A stretch of DNA of 64,000 nucleotides from Octopus sinensis (GCF_006345805.1 NC_043000.1:25606001-25670000); one strand, 5' to 3'. Positions 1-14,328 are shown, numbered from the stretch's first letter. Made by a program: numbers and translations. The notes: generated by a model not told the origin, from the letters alone.

Positions 1-658
1 TTGTGTTAGAACACAAAATACTGCTTTATTTACCATGAGAGGACCTCTCATATGGACTGATATTGCGTAAAAGCATTCATGTTTATGTCGTTGACAGGCG
101 ATAACCATCCACTATAGCCATCCATCCATCCATCTCATCATCTTCATTTAACATCTGTCTTCCATGAATTGGAGAGTTTAATAGGATCTGACAAGCCAGA
201 AGACAGCATGTTTTCTATTGCTGGCTGTCCTTCCTAATGCCTATCACTTTACAGGGCAATGTGTACTGAATGCTTTTTTGTGGCACCAGCATTAGTGAGG
301 TTGCTGAGTAATTTGCAAGGCAAAGAAAAGAAAAGGATAAAAGTCCCTTTCAACCAAGTGAGAGTGTATCTGACTGAGGGGGAGGTGGATTTACACCAGG
401 TGTTGAAGGCAAAAGTAAGATAGTGACAAGCACAAGTGTTTTACTGTAGAAGCTTCTATCATCATCATTATCGTTTAACGTCTGTCTTCCAGGCTATTCT
501 CAAAGTTTTTTTCTTTTAATCTATGCCAATTTCTGGTTTGCTGCCTCATTCTCCTTTCGACAAGTGTATTACTTTCTTCTGCCAATTCTTTGATTTTTCT
601 TCAAGCACTCTCCTTCAGTCTGATCATTAGAATCATGTGTGGATTAAATAGTATTTCA

Positions 659-1295
659 CCCTTTAGCATTTGGATTACTCTTCTAAATGTGATGCTTATT
701 TATTGACATCATTTTGAAATAGTCATGCATTAGGAGAAGCGTAGGAGTGGCTGTGTGGTAAGTAGCTTGTTTACCAACCATATGGTTACGGGTTCAGTCC
801 TACTGCGTGATACCTTTGGCAAGTGTCTTCTACTATAGCCTCGGGCCAACCAAAGACTTGTGAGTAGATTTGGTAGACGGAAACTGCAAGAAGCCCGTCG
901 TATATATTTATATATATTTGTGTATGTGTGTGTATATGTTTGTGTGTCTGTTTGTACCCCAACATCGCTTGACAACCAATGCTGGTATGTTTACATCCCT
1001 GTAACTTAGCGGTTCGGTAAAAGAGACTGATAGAATAAGTAGTAGGCTTACAAAGAATAAGTCCTGGGGTCTATTTAGTCGACTAAAGGCGGTGCTCGAG
1101 CATGGCCACAGTCAGATGACTGAAACAAGTAAAAGAGTAAAAGAGAGTATCTCATAGCTTCAAGATTTCGATGACATGATTGCTTATATGTAGAATGACA
1201 TTGTAGGGAAAGTGTAAGAAGCCAGATTTGACCAGTTTTAATGTAGAACAGGTAGAACATTCGAACCAGATATGGTTGGTTTAAATATTAAAGGA
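659..1295. mobile_element. Diverged inverted copy of the 21863 MITE family, split by a SINE
   Basis: ccctttagcatt..tattaaagga-ttaa. The interior is similar to the reverse complement of 21863-22083. Confidence 0.55.
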
Positions 1296-2292
1296 TTAAG
1301 GTGGTTTATCTTCTTTGAAGACAGTTACTCTCGTTTTACTGTCTTTTACTTGTTTCAGTCATTTGACCTGCAGCCATGCTGGAGCACCGCCTTTAGTTGA
1401 GCACATTGATCCCAGGATTTATTCTTTGTAAGCCTAGTACTTACTCTATCAATATCTTTTGTTGAACTGCTAAGTTACGAGGACATAAACACACCAGCAT
1501 TGGCCTGCTCGCTTAGCCAGCGGGATAGCGTCATTTGAAGGCTAAAACAATGCGAAGCGCATTGTGACCAGCGATGTGTAGCAACATCTGATAGCCTTTT
1601 ATTTTATTTGTTTCAGTCATTTGACTGCAGCCATGCTGGAGCACCGCCTTTAGTCGAGCACATCAACCCTAGGACTTATTCTTTGTAAGCCTAGTACTTA
1701 TTCTATTGATCTCTTTTGCTGAACCGCTAAGTTACGGGATCATAAACACACCAGCATCGGTTGTCAAGTGATGTTGGGGGGACAGTTGTTCAATTAGTAA
1801 TAAAAAGCTATGATATTAGTTAAGGATTGCCAGTGACAAGGATAACACTAAAGTACCTCAAGCTGTTAGAAATAGCAACCAATGTGGAACCCTCAAAAAA
1901 AAAATCGCTCAAATTTCCAGACAAACAGCAACTCAACTAAATCTCTCCCTAATCACACCCTACTGTCTTTACTGACACTCCACCGGTTATGATAATTGTT
2001 CCTGTTGATCTGATCAATGAAAGAGCCTGCTTGTGAAATTAATGTGAAATTAATGGCTGAGTACTCCACAGACATGTGCACCCTTAATGTAGTTAGTTCT
2101 CAGGAAGATCCAGTGTGGCACAGAATGTTACAAGGATGGCCCTTTGTAATTAGAGGTACAACTCATTTTTCCCAGCTGAGTGGACTGGAGCAATGCGAAA
2201 AATAAAGTGTCTTGCTCAAGCACAAAGTGCACTGCCAGGAATCGAACTCATGACCTTATGATCATAAACCAAATATCCCTAACCACGTGTCT

Positions 2293-2700
2293 TCATCATC
2301 ATTTAACGTCTGCTTTCCATGCTAGCATGGGTTGGACGATTTGACTGAGGTCTGGCGAAACAGACTCCAATCTGATCTGGCAGAGTTCCTACAGCTGGAT
2401 GCCCTTCCTAATGCCAACCGCTCTGAGAGTGTAATGGGTGCTTTTTACGTGCCACCGGCACGAGGGCCAGTCAGGCGGTACTGGCAACGGCCATGCTCAA
2501 ATGGTGCTTTTTATGTGCCACCTGCACAGGAGCAAGTCCAGCGGCACTGGCAACGACCTCGCTCGAATGTTTCACATGCCACCAGCACAAGTACTAGTTA
2601 AGCAACGCGGTAACGATCACGCTAGAATGGTGTGTTTAACTTGCCATCAGCATGAAAGCCAGCTTGTTGCTCTGGCAACAATCTCACTCGTATGGTACTC
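2293..2700 (-). mobile_element. 5'-truncated RTE 3' UTR copy (representative; others ~4387, 4691, 10320, 14925, 27587, 30470, 32190, 32783, 33200, 37667, 52283, 55493, 57156, 57535)
   Basis: (cat)n-ttaacgtc..ctggatgcccttcctaatgccaacc plus ~50-bp ggtgctttt-tgccacc modules. Confidence 0.75.
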
Positions 2701-2974
2701 TTAGCGCTGTCTTAAAAAGCACAAAAGACAGGATGGTCACAGAAGGAAAGCTTTTGACTTTCAGTCTCTTTGATTGCACTGACCTCTGGCTAAAACACAA
2801 TAACAACAACAACAACCAGTTAATCCACTTTTATCTCTTGCTTTAATCATCATTCTTTAGATTTTTTTCTCCTCCATATCTATTTGAGTATTTTATCTGA
2901 TCTCTCTCTCCTTCAGATCTCTCCATCATTCATAGTTTGTCTACAACCAGCTTCAACCTAGCACTCACCCCACC

Positions 2975-3006
<32 letters not shown>

Positions 3007-3619
3007 CTACTACTACTCCATTTATCTACAACATTTCAAATGAAACAACATCATTAATCTTAATCAGTTACAATGTCCCTCATCTCACACTACCACCACT
3101 GCCACTTCTACTCGGCCTCCTCCTCCTGCTCCTCTTCTCTAACACCAGTAGAGAAATAGTAACCAAATTGCTCTTTTATCACGTCCCACTGCCATAAATA
3201 AGAATCTATTGGACAATACATGGTCAGTGTGATAAAATACACTTAGGATCAAAAGTTTTCCCATCTTGTGTTTCTTTTGTAATTTGGGAGTAATTTAGCT
3301 GTTATTTCTTTGGAAGTTTGACTGAAGCTGCTATTTCTAGCAATTTGGTACTCTTGCTGTTGCAGTGTTATTGGCAATCCCTTGTGGTCAAGGATTGATG
3401 TCCACCAGATTTAACTTCTGTGGACCCTTATGTAATTACGTGGGCCATTGCAAAATTCACAAGTCTGCTCAAGAAGAGAAGCATACTGGTCACTTTGTGC
3501 TTCATTTTACACTAAAACTTATTCTTGTGTCAGTTATTTACCAAAGATTCCCATCACATCTTTGAATAGCTTCCTTTGTCCTCTTGCAGGTATGCTTTTC
3601 CTGTTGTGTACCTGTGTTT

Positions 3620-3800
3620 GTTAGTTAGTTAGTTAGTTAATTTTTTGGCTCAAAAAGCAAAAAGCAAGGCCATGTAGGGGGACGTGGAGTTATGTACAGG
3701 GTGGTGTTCATGTAAAGAGTTCAGGCCACTTGAGGTCAAGAGAGATCTTGAACCGAGCGGTTGTCGGCATCTTCACCATCTTGTCTGGCAGCTTATTCCA
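3620..3800 (-). mobile_element. CR1/L2-like LINE 3' end
   Basis: WNKLPDKMVKMPTTARFKISLD fits the WNxLP..FKxxLD motif. (TAAC)n tail. Confidence 0.7.
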
Positions 3801-4925
3801 CAGATCGCACTCCCAACACTGCTTGATAACTGGTGTTGGTTTGTTTATACCCCAGTTGCTTAGTAGTTTGGCAAAAAGAAACCAATAGAACAAGTACCAG
3901 TCTTAAAAACCAAGTACCGGGATCAATTCATCATCATCATCATCATCATCATCATTTAATTTAATTTGTTTGTAATTTGCATTATACTCATATTTCCCAC
4001 GAACCAAAATAACAGCTACTCCGAGTTTCACACTCCCGTTTATCAGACAGTTTAGATTGATTGATGGAGTAGTAGTAGTAAAATCAATCTAAACTGCCCG
4101 AATGGCAACGTGAAACTCTCTGAGTAGCAATTTTTTGTGATGTTTTTGCAGCTTTAATAATAATAATAATGAAGTATATATAAGGTGATAAACTAAGGAA
4201 AGGAATTCCTTCAAAGGGGTGTGTAAAACATCCACTTCACCTGTACTTCAGTTGAATACCTCATAAATATGGGTGTAATGCAAATTACAAACAAATTGAA
4301 TAGAGAGATACAAATCACAATCCAATAATTTATTTATATTATAATATAACATAATATACTGTAAATATAGTATGATGTAATATAACATCATCATCATCGT
4401 TTAACATCTGTTTTCCATGCTGGCATTTGACTGAGGACTGACAAACCAGATGGCTGCACCAGGCTCCAATCTGATCTGGCAGTGTTTCTACAGCTGGATG
4501 CCCTTCCTAACGCCAACCACTCCGTGAGTGTAGTGGGTGCTTTTTACATGCCACCGGCACGGGGGCCAGGGCAGGCTGGCACCAACCACAATCGGTTGGT
4601 GCTTTTTACGTGCATTAACAATTATTTTTAAAAAGCCAACAATTTGTTTCGACTTTATACATTTTTTGATATATAAACAATTCAAATTCCCTCTCGGAGT
4701 GGTTAGCGTTAGGAAGGGCATCCAGCTGTAGAAACTGCCAAATCGCTTGCCAACCCTCAGTCAAACCACCCAACCCATACCAGCATGGAAAGCGAACATT
4801 AAACAATGACGATGATGATGATATACACAATTATTTGAAGGCTTCATTCGAATTAAAGTATATTGATAATTAGGACCCCAAGTCAGGCACTTGAATTAAT
4901 TTTTTTACAATCCAGCAATTCCTTC

Positions 4926-5040
4926 GGCTGGAGGGTATATCAGCCGAAACATTGTGTTAAAAACAAACAAGATGAGGTCAAATGTAAATGATGATGATGA
5001 TGATGAATGTACATAATTCCTCTCTCTTAAACATAGAACT
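4926..5040 (+). mobile_element. 5'-truncated hammerhead SINE fragment
   Basis: ggctggagggtatatcagccgaaacattgtgtt..aattcctctctcttaaacatagaact matches the 3' half of 17453-17708. Confidence 0.65.
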
Positions 5041-5889
5041 ATATAGAGACATGTCGTATCACTTACATATATAACCACACAGCCATGATGCCAACCAGAT
5101 CTATGTCCAATATGTCGACTATACTTACATGTGTGCATATGTGATAGGATGGGGGCTGGATGTTTGCAGTTTGGTTCCGCTGTCAGTGCTGTGTGTAAGA
5201 TGAGATTACACAAGACAGTAACGACATGATACTGGGATTCATTATTACCGTTTTTCCCATCTCAAGGAATTCAACAAACATTCTTTGAATCAATCAGCAG
5301 CTATTTACTCTGAATCAATATTTATTTACTCCAAGACCTAATCTGTCCCATCAAAGATCTTGGTTGGATTTCGAATTTGGAATTGCAAATAATTGGATTT
5401 TAGTTTCTAATAGACCTTGGTAAAAGCTATGAATGCATCAGGTTCCAAGTGATTTCTCTTTGATTGTCTTCATAATGTAAAGATTAAAAAACAAATTACC
5501 CCAAGAAAAAATTATGATAAGAAGACAAGAAAATATTTTAAATGATTGGGGTTGTTAAATTTTTATGGCTCGTGGAACCCAGATTCCATTTTATATTTGA
5601 ATAATGCGCACACACACACATACACACACACATGCACACACACATACATACATGCATATGTACATGGAATAATATACACACATGCAAACACATGTACACA
5701 GAGAATCACATTCATGCAAACACACTCATACATACATGTTTCCATGGAGAGAGAGGAGGAGGAGGAGGAGAAAGAGAGAGAGAGGGAGAGACAAGTTCAG
5801 AGAGAAAGAGAGAGTGAAGGAGAATAACAGTCATTCTGCCAACTAACCAGTAGAAATATATTCCAGTATGTTCCTGACATATTGTGTCG

Positions 5890-6200
5890 CTAGGCACATG
5901 GCCTAGTGGTTAGTGCAGCGGACTCGCGGTCAGGGGATCATGGGCTCGAATCTCAGACCGGGCGATGTGTGTGTGTGTGTGTTTATGAGTGAAACACCTA
6001 AGCTCCACGTGGTTCCGGAAGAAGGTAATGGCGAACTTCTGCTGACTCTTTCACCACAACTTTCTCTCACTCTTTCCTCCTGCATCTAGCAGCTCACCTG
6101 CGACCGACCGGCATCCCATCCAGGTGGGGTACTTATGTGCCAAGGAAACTGGGAAACCAGCCCTTATGAGCCAGGCGTGGCTTGAGAAGGAACAAACAAT
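5890..6200 (+). mobile_element. tRNA(Arg)-like-headed SINE with an alternative 3' module
   Basis: Same head and body as the 7974 element, then gaccggcatcccatccagg..gaaactgggaaacc..gaacaaacaa. Confidence 0.75.
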
Positions 6201-7973
6201 GTTCTTGACTATTTTAATACAACTTCAAATACAAGAAACAAACATCTTTCTGAGCCATGAGCTCTCACTTTTCTTTCTTTTGACACATTGTGTGTGTGTG
6301 TGTCTGTGTAATAATGGTTTCAAATTTTAGCACAAGGCCAGTAATTTCAGGGAATGAGGCTTGTCAATGACATCAGCTCCAGTGTCCAACTGGTCTTTAT
6401 TTCATCAACCCCGAAAAGATGGAAGGCAAAAGTTGACCTCGGCAAAATTTGAACTCAGAATGTAAAAACAAATGAAATACCACTAAGCATTTTTCCCAGC
6501 ATGCTAACGATTCTGCTAACCGTCATCAATTATAATGTGTCTGGTGGCGAGCTGGCAGAAACATTAGCATGCTGGGTGGAATGCATAGCGGTATTTCATC
6601 TGCCACTACGTTCTGAGTTCAAATTCCGCCGAGGTCGACTTTGCTTTTCATCCTTTCAGGGTCGATTAAATAAGTACCAGTTATGCACTGGGGTCGATGT
6701 AATCGACTTAATCCGTTTGTCTGTCCTTGTTTGTCCTCTCTGTGTTTAGCCCCTTGTAGGTAGTAAAGAAATAGGTTCAAATTCCACTGTGGTCAACTTT
6801 GCCTTTTATCCTTTCGGGGTTGATAAATTAAGTACCAGTTGCGTATTGTGATCGATCTAATCGACTGGCCCCCTCCCCCAAAATTTCAGCCCTTGTGCCT
6901 AGAGTAGAAAAGTATAATAATGTGTCTATGGTGTATATGTATATATAGGCGCAGGTGTGGTTGCTTCTTGAACATGTGATTTTGGGTTCAGTCCTGCCTG
7001 CATGGTACCTTGGCCAAGTGTTGTCTGTTATAGTACCAGACCAGCCAAAGCCTTTGTGAGTGGATTTCATAGACAAAAACAAGAAGCTTACTGTGTGTGT
7101 GTGTGTACCCTTATCTTGACATCATGTGATGACTGTAAATGAGCCGCACCATCATACAAGCATTTTTGTTTGTTTCCATTCTGCTGTGAAAAACAGGTCT
7201 GGCCATGGAAAAATATTTTGCTTGGAAACAGGTGAGAGTTGGTGACAGGAATGGCATCCAACTGTAAAAAAATTTGCCTCAACAAATTCCACCTGACTCA
7301 TGCAAACATGGAAAAGTGGACAATAAACAATGACTATCACACACACCACCACCACCATCATCATTATCATAATTATCAACATTGTCATCATTTTTGTCCC
7401 TTTTCCATGCTAGTATGGATTGGATAGGTTATTGCAGTCAGTCAACATGTACTTACGAGTGTCCTCTCAGATAGACCAGAAGACCTCTTTACATTTGTGC
7501 TTCAGTTTTGACCATTTTTTTTTACAGCTGGATGCCCTTCCTTACACCAACCACTTTACAGAATATGCTGGCTTCTTTTTATCTGGCACCAGAAGTTGAG
7601 TAGTGTCATGTCCTTGACAAGACTAAAACAACACCACAATACCCTGTCTCTGCTTGATCACCAACCTCTTTGTAGAGTTAGAAGGATGAGTGATAGAGGC
7701 ATCAATGATAAGTCGTGAGAGGGATGTGGGATAAAGAGTGGAGTGATTGAAGTATTTAGTATTCTGAGATAGATTTGTATTTCCAAGGTAATACAAGGTG
7801 ACTGGCAGAGAAATAACTGAGGCCATGGATGTCCGAGATAGAAGGAACAAGAATAAGTTAGCCATCAGAGTAACACACAATGGTGACAGGTTGTCTAGGA
7901 GCAGAGGATGATGGTAGAGTAAACTGTGCATAAGTGGTCCAATGTGGCCATCTATATACATAGGCTCAGATGG

Positions 7974-8355
7974 AAGCACTCCGTCGGTTACGACGACGAG
8001 GGTTCCAGTTGATCCGATCAACGGAACAGCCTGCTCGTGAAATTAACGTGTAAGTGGCTGAGCACTCCACAGACACGTGTACCCTTAACGTAGTTCTCGG
8101 GGATATTCAGCGTGACACAGAGAGTGACAAGGCCGGCCCTTTGAAATACAAGGTACAACAGAAACAGGAAGTAAGAGTGAGAGAAAGTTGTGGTGAAAGA
8201 GTACAGCAGGGATCACCACCATCCCCTGCCGGAGCCTCGTGGAGCTTTAGGTGTTTTCGCTCAATAAACACTCACAACGCCCGGTCTGGGAATCGAAACC
8301 GTGATCCTATGACCGCGAGTCCGCTGCCCTAACCACTGGGCCATTGCGCCTCCAC
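7974..8355 (-). mobile_element. tRNA(Arg)-like-headed SINE (second copy 51011-51390 +)
   Basis: Head ggaggcgcaatggcccagtggttagggcagcggacTCGcgg..ggtttcgattccc. CpG-rich, so probably young. Confidence 0.8.
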
Positions 8356-10053
8356 TATACATAGGCTACAAGACAGGGTTGAGCGATGGGAGGAGGATAA
8401 AGATCCTGTCTGAATTATTTAGACTCCTAGGGCTGATTTCCGAAATTTCTGTGGCATATGTGTTTCCCCACTGGAAGGGACATCATTCTGTAGTGGCACA
8501 AGCAGTCAGCGCCATATTGGATGAGATCTTGCGGCAGCCATTGCCATCTCCGAGACTGGAGTGAGACCTCACCTGCATCCATTTGCCATGCACGAGATCA
8601 CAACGAGGTCCGTGATGGCAAACTGGATATAAGGGCCCAACAAACAAATTCTATCTCTTCTTCATCACAAGCGCTTGCTGAACACACTTCGCTGGCTGGG
8701 TCTGCAGGCCAGTCCTGTCTGCATGTCGTATCTCCAGAGGCAATGGGCCTGCGTTAATGGAGATACGAGACACACACAGCTTGAGATGGTAAATTGAGAG
8801 CAACATGTTTTACCTATTCTGTGTAACTTATAAATAAACTGGTTGTGAATTGCATTTTTACTTAAGACTTCTTTCCTTCCCAGCTGGAGCCTGAAACAAC
8901 ACAAAGAACAAATTTAATGGGAGAAGGCGATATTCGTCCAATATTGTGAACCTTTCCTCCCATTATAGTTCCATTGCAGGATTACTTAGTTTTTCCAGCT
9001 GAGTGGCTGGAGCAATGTGAAATGAAGTGTTTTGCTCAAGAACACAATGTATTGCCTGGTCTAGGAATTGAAACCACTATCTTAAGATCATGAATTGAAC
9101 ACTCTGACCACTAAGCCATGCACATTGGTGTGTGATGTGAGTGTGAGAATGGAAAGTAGATGGGTCCTGTTCCAATGAAGGATTGTTGGTGAGAGGGTCA
9201 GCATAGGTGTCAGGACATTCTTAGTTACATTTGAAGCTATGTCTGGGGAACAGAAGAGATCCCATGCTGTCCTCTGTCACACTGGAAACATGGAACAGTG
9301 AGAACAGAGAAGAGGAGGGAATGATTGAGAGATGAACAATAGACATGGGTTAAAGAATGTTTGAATGTACGGGAACAAAACAAGCAGAAAAGGCATTGCT
9401 TTTTGCCCTCTCCCTGCACATGTTCCCTATTTGCCATTATCCCCTATTTACTATATAAATCCCACACTGAACCCTTTTTAAATTCATCTTCTTCTCAGCT
9501 ACCCTCACCCACCCTTATATAAAGTTGGGTAGCCATATATTCAGCAAGAGACCTATGCTTGTCTCTTTGTCATTCTTTAGCTTTTTAACACCAGGCATAA
9601 TGCCACTCCTTCCACTTTTAGTTATAGGGTTTGTTTGTTTTCCCCTTGACTTTTTCCTGTCTTGCAAGTTACTTGGCAACCTTATTAGTGCCAGTGGCAT
9701 GAAGAAAGCACCAAGTCCACGCTGAAGTGGTTGGCATTAGGAAGGGCATCCAGCCATAGAACCTTACCAATGCTGACACAGAAGCTCAACACAGCCCTTT
9801 AGCTTTCTGGATCCTGTCAAACCATCCAACCCATGCCAGCATGGAAAACAGACATTACATGATGATGATGGTCATCATCATCATTGCCAACATGGTATTT
9901 TTCTAATTAATATGCAATTTTATTTATAATTAACCGTATTATGACTGAAGTGTTAAATATTTAATTATTGCAAAATTAATTAATACTGTTTTAGTGTTAT
10001 TTCATGTTTGAACTTTACCATTGTCTCACTAAGGATGTTTTTGTTTTTTACAG

Positions 10054-10137
10054 GGATACGTCGGTTTTTAGAGATGAGGAGGGATGAATTTACTCGTTGC
10101 ATCTCTATCAGCGAGATGATTGACCCCGAGAGCAAAG
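10054..10137 (+). CDS. Candidate 84-nt symmetric (phase 1-1) exon, possibly an upstream exon of the DUSP gene
   Basis: Strong acceptor ttttgttttttacag. Open frame IRRFLEMRRDEFTRCISISEMIDPESK. Donor G|gtgaca is in phase with the acceptor at 56413. The sequence is non-repetitive within this window. Confidence 0.4.
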
Positions 10138-10252
10138 GTGACATTTTCAGCTATTAACATATTAATAAACACACACGCCTATATATATGTGTGAATCTAT
10201 ACACACACACACACACATCTTTAGAATTATACATTTCATACTTACATACATA

Positions 10253-10292
<40 letters not shown>

Positions 10293-10854
10293 TGTTTGTG
10301 TATGTATGTATGTATATATATCATCATCATCGTTGTTTAATGTCCACTTTCCATACTGGCATGGGTTGGACGATTTGACTGAGGACTGGTGAGCCAGAAG
10401 TCTGCACCAGGCTCAGTCTGGTCTGGCAAAGTTTCTACAGCTGGATTCCCTTCCTAATGCCAACCACTCCGAGAGTGTAGTGGGTGCTTTTACATGCCAC
10501 TGGCACAAGGGCCAGTCAGGCGGTTCTGACAACGACCATGCTCAAAAGGTGTTTTTTTACATGCTACCTGCATGGGAGCCAGTCTTGCAGCACTGGCAAC
10601 AACCACGCTCAAATGTTGCTATTACGTGCCACCGACACATTTGCCGGTAAGGCGACACCGACAACGATCACACTCGAATGGTGCTATTCACGTGCCACCG
10701 GCACCAAAGCCAATCCGTGGCCCTGGCAACAATCACGCTTGGATGTGCTTTTAACATTCCACTGGCACGAGTGCCAATCAGACAGTACTGTCATTGGCCA
10801 CATCAGTAATTTTAATTTGTTTACACTTGCCTCACTAGGTCTTTGCAAGTAAAG

Positions 10855-10867
10855 TTATATACATATG

Positions 10868-10919
<52 letters not shown>

Positions 10920-11479
10920 GTATGTATATGTATATGTATGTATATATATATGTATGTATGTATATGTATGTATATGTATGTATATATATATGTATGTATA
11001 TGTATTGTATATATATATATGTATGTATGTATATGTATGTGTGTATATATTATATATGTATGTATGTATATGTATGTGTTATATATATATGTATGTATAT
11101 GTATGTGTATATATATATATGTATGTATGTATATGTATGTGTATATAATATATATGTATGTATGTATATGTATGTGTAATATATATATATATATTATGTA
11201 TGTATATGTATGTATATATATATATATGTATGTATGTATTGTATGTGTATATATATATATGTATGTATGTATATATATATGTATATATATATATATATGT
11301 ATGTATGTATATGTATATATATATATATAATATATATATATGTTGTATATGTATGTGTATAATATATATATATGTATGTATATGTATGTGTTATATATAT
11401 ATATATGTATGTATATGTATGTGTTATATATATATATGTATGTATATGTATGTGTATATATATATATATGTATGTATAT

Positions 11480-11518
<39 letters not shown>
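10855..11518. repeat. Compound (TA)n/(TATG)n microsatellite
   Basis: Direct reading. Confidence 0.97.
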
Positions 11519-11519
<1 letters not shown>

Positions 11520-11827
11520 TACCAAAGACACACATTTACAGATATTTATCTATATCACTGTATGAGTGGAATATATGATTCTTTGATTTTTAGAAAAATT
11601 CTCTAATATCCAGCACATTGCTATGTCTAAATTTATCGTTGTTGATGTAAGCTATTTTTAACAGCTTATTCTTCCAATGATGTGCAGCCTCTGCAAGAGG
11701 GCTATCGTAACCCTGTGTTATGACAAAACACAGAGACGGAATGCTGAACATAGAAAAACAAAAATGCAAATCTTTTTCATAAAAATAAAGAATCATACCT
11801 CACATCATGTAAATGTAAGTGTGTGTC

Positions 11828-11865
<38 letters not shown>

Positions 11866-12649
11866 TCTTTTACTTATTTCAGTCATTTGACTGCGGCCAT
11901 GCTGGAACTCTGCCTTTTGTTGAGCAAATCGACCGCAGGACTTATTCTTTGTAAGTCTAGTACTTATTCTATCGGTCTCTTTTGCTGAACCGCTAAGTTA
12001 TGAGGACGTAAACACACCAGCATCAGTTGTCAAGCGATGTTGGGGGGACAAACACAGACACACACACACACGTATATATATATATATATATATATATATA
12101 CGACGGGCTTTTTGCAGTTTACGTCTACCAAATCCACTCACAAGGCTTTGGCCGGCCCGAGGCTATAGTAGAAGAAACTTGCCCAAGGTGCCACGCAGTG
12201 GGACTGAACTCGGAACCATGTGGGTGGTAAGGAAGCTACTTACCACACAGCCACTCCTGCGCCTATATATATATATATAATATGAATCACAGTATATAAC
12301 AGACCATATGCCGTTCAAGTTATTGTCCATCACTGCAGTCTGTAAACAGATGTGTTTTGCAAATGTAAACACGTCTTTTTTATGATTTCTTCACGGCTTA
12401 TTGTTTATATTTGTGCAGTGTATTCACACCACAGTGGTAGCAAATGATTTATGTGGAGTATATTCTATCTTATGGTTCTGGTTCTTTTAAAATATATGTA
12501 TATTTTATATGTATGTAAATGTACACATACTGCTTTAAAAACGTGTATGTATATTGGATTTTTAACCAGTTTGGGTTCTGTGACTTAGTGCACAGCTTCA
12601 TTATGTATCATCATCATATTCATCATCATCATCATTTAATATCTGCTAT

Positions 12650-12694
<45 letters not shown>

Positions 12695-13719
12695 TCTCTC
12701 TCTCTCTCCTTTATAAATGTATTGTGTTCAGAAACAATATTTCAGAGCTGGGTAAAATGGAATCATCCTAAAAGTGACCACCATGAGAGCAACAGATACA
12801 TATTTATTTCTTTATTGCCCACAAGGGGCTAAGTATAGAGGGGACAAACAAGGACAGACAAAGGAATTAAATCGATTACATCGACCCCAGTGCATAACTG
12901 GTTCTTATGTAATCAACCTCAAAAGAATGAAAGGCAAAGTCGACCTTGGCAGAATTTAATGGCAGATGAAATAGCGCTAAGCATTTCGCATGGCATGCTA
13001 ACGATTCTGCCAGTTTGCCACCCAAAAAGAAAATTCATTACAGAATCTGGGTATTAATCTCAGTACCTCTCACATGCAAAGCAAGCGCTCTTCCTTCTGA
13101 GCTATTTTCCCAGTCAGATACATATTTAGCTGTCATTGTAGCTTCTCAGTGTCATATACTTGTGTCACTTCGTACATATATATATATATATATATATATC
13201 ATCATCATCATCTTCATCATCATCGTTTAACGTCCGCTTTCCATGCTGGCATGGGTTGGACCATATATATATAGTTAATTCAAACAAAAAAGCACAAAAA
13301 AACACAACGCGAGGACGTGGAACAAATATAGTAACATGAGCAAAACGCCCTCCGTCCAATGGACAGTGCTGAGTTGTCAAACATTTAAGCCAAATTTTCT
13401 CAAAACAACTTGTCCAAACGTCATATAGCCCCCCTCCCCTTTGAGAAACACTGATTCAACCTAAATTTGAGACACCAGCAAAAGAAGAAATAAAGATAGA
13501 CTTTTTTTCTATTCCAAGAAAAACGATTTTACAAATGCACATTCCCACGGCTTTATTGATCACATTCTGACCTGGAATTGATTTTTGTAATTTTTTCAAG
13601 ATTTATACATGCCCTGATATCATCGCTATCTACATATCAAATTTGAGCACAATCGGATGGAGGATGCCCGAGATCCTAGAAGACACACAGACAGACAGAC
13701 AGAACAGATTTTATATAAT

Positions 13720-13832
13720 AGATATACACACATATATACATATATATGTATGTATGTATAAGTATATATATATATATATGTATATATGCATATATATATA
13801 TATGTGTATATATGCATATATATATACATACG

Positions 13833-13874
<42 letters not shown>

Positions 13875-13910
13875 CATACGTATATATACATATGTATATA
13901 TATACTTATA
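13720..13910. repeat. TA-rich microsatellite
   Basis: Direct reading. Confidence 0.9.
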
Positions 13911-13911
13911 T

Positions 13912-14314
13912 AGGCGCAGGAGTGGCTGTGTGGTAACTGGCTTGCTAACCAACCACATGGTTCCGGGTTCAGTCCCACTGTGTGGCATCTTGGGCAAGTG
14001 TCTTCTGCTATAGCCCCGGGCCGACCAATGCCTTGTGAGTGGATTTGGTAGACGGAAACTGAAAGAAGCCTGTCGTATATATGTATATATATATATATGT
14101 GTGTGTGTGTGTCTGTGTTTGTCCTCCTAGCATTGCTTCACAACCGATGCTGGTGTGTTTACGTCCCCGTCACTTAGCGGTTCGGCAAAAGAGACCGATA
14201 GAATAAGTACTGGGCTTACAAAGAATAAGTCCCGGGGTCGATTTGCTTGACTAAAGGCAGTGCTCCAGCATGGCCGCAGTCAAATGACTGAAACAAGTAA
14301 AAGAGTAAAAGAGT
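13912..14314 (+). mobile_element. tRNA-derived SINE family A, full length (others ~738-1148+, 11863-12264-, 20821-21220+, 21240-21818-, 35516-35914-, 41110-41497-, 43228-43830+, 45672-46072-, 53811-54224-, 54718-55030+, 61835-62502+)
   Basis: Head ggcgcaggagtggctgtgtggtaa..ggttcagtccc (A/B boxes), internal TA/TG microsatellite, tail aagtaaaagagtaaaagagta. Confidence 0.85.
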
Positions 14315-14328
14315 ATACGTATACATAC

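Noticed and set aside
3570-3595. Recursive-splice-like site ctcttgcag|gtatgc
   Set aside because: A single short motif expected by chance in 64 kb, with no supporting evidence.
10843-11606. Long Y/I/M/C ORFs
   Set aside because: TA/TATG microsatellite artefacts.
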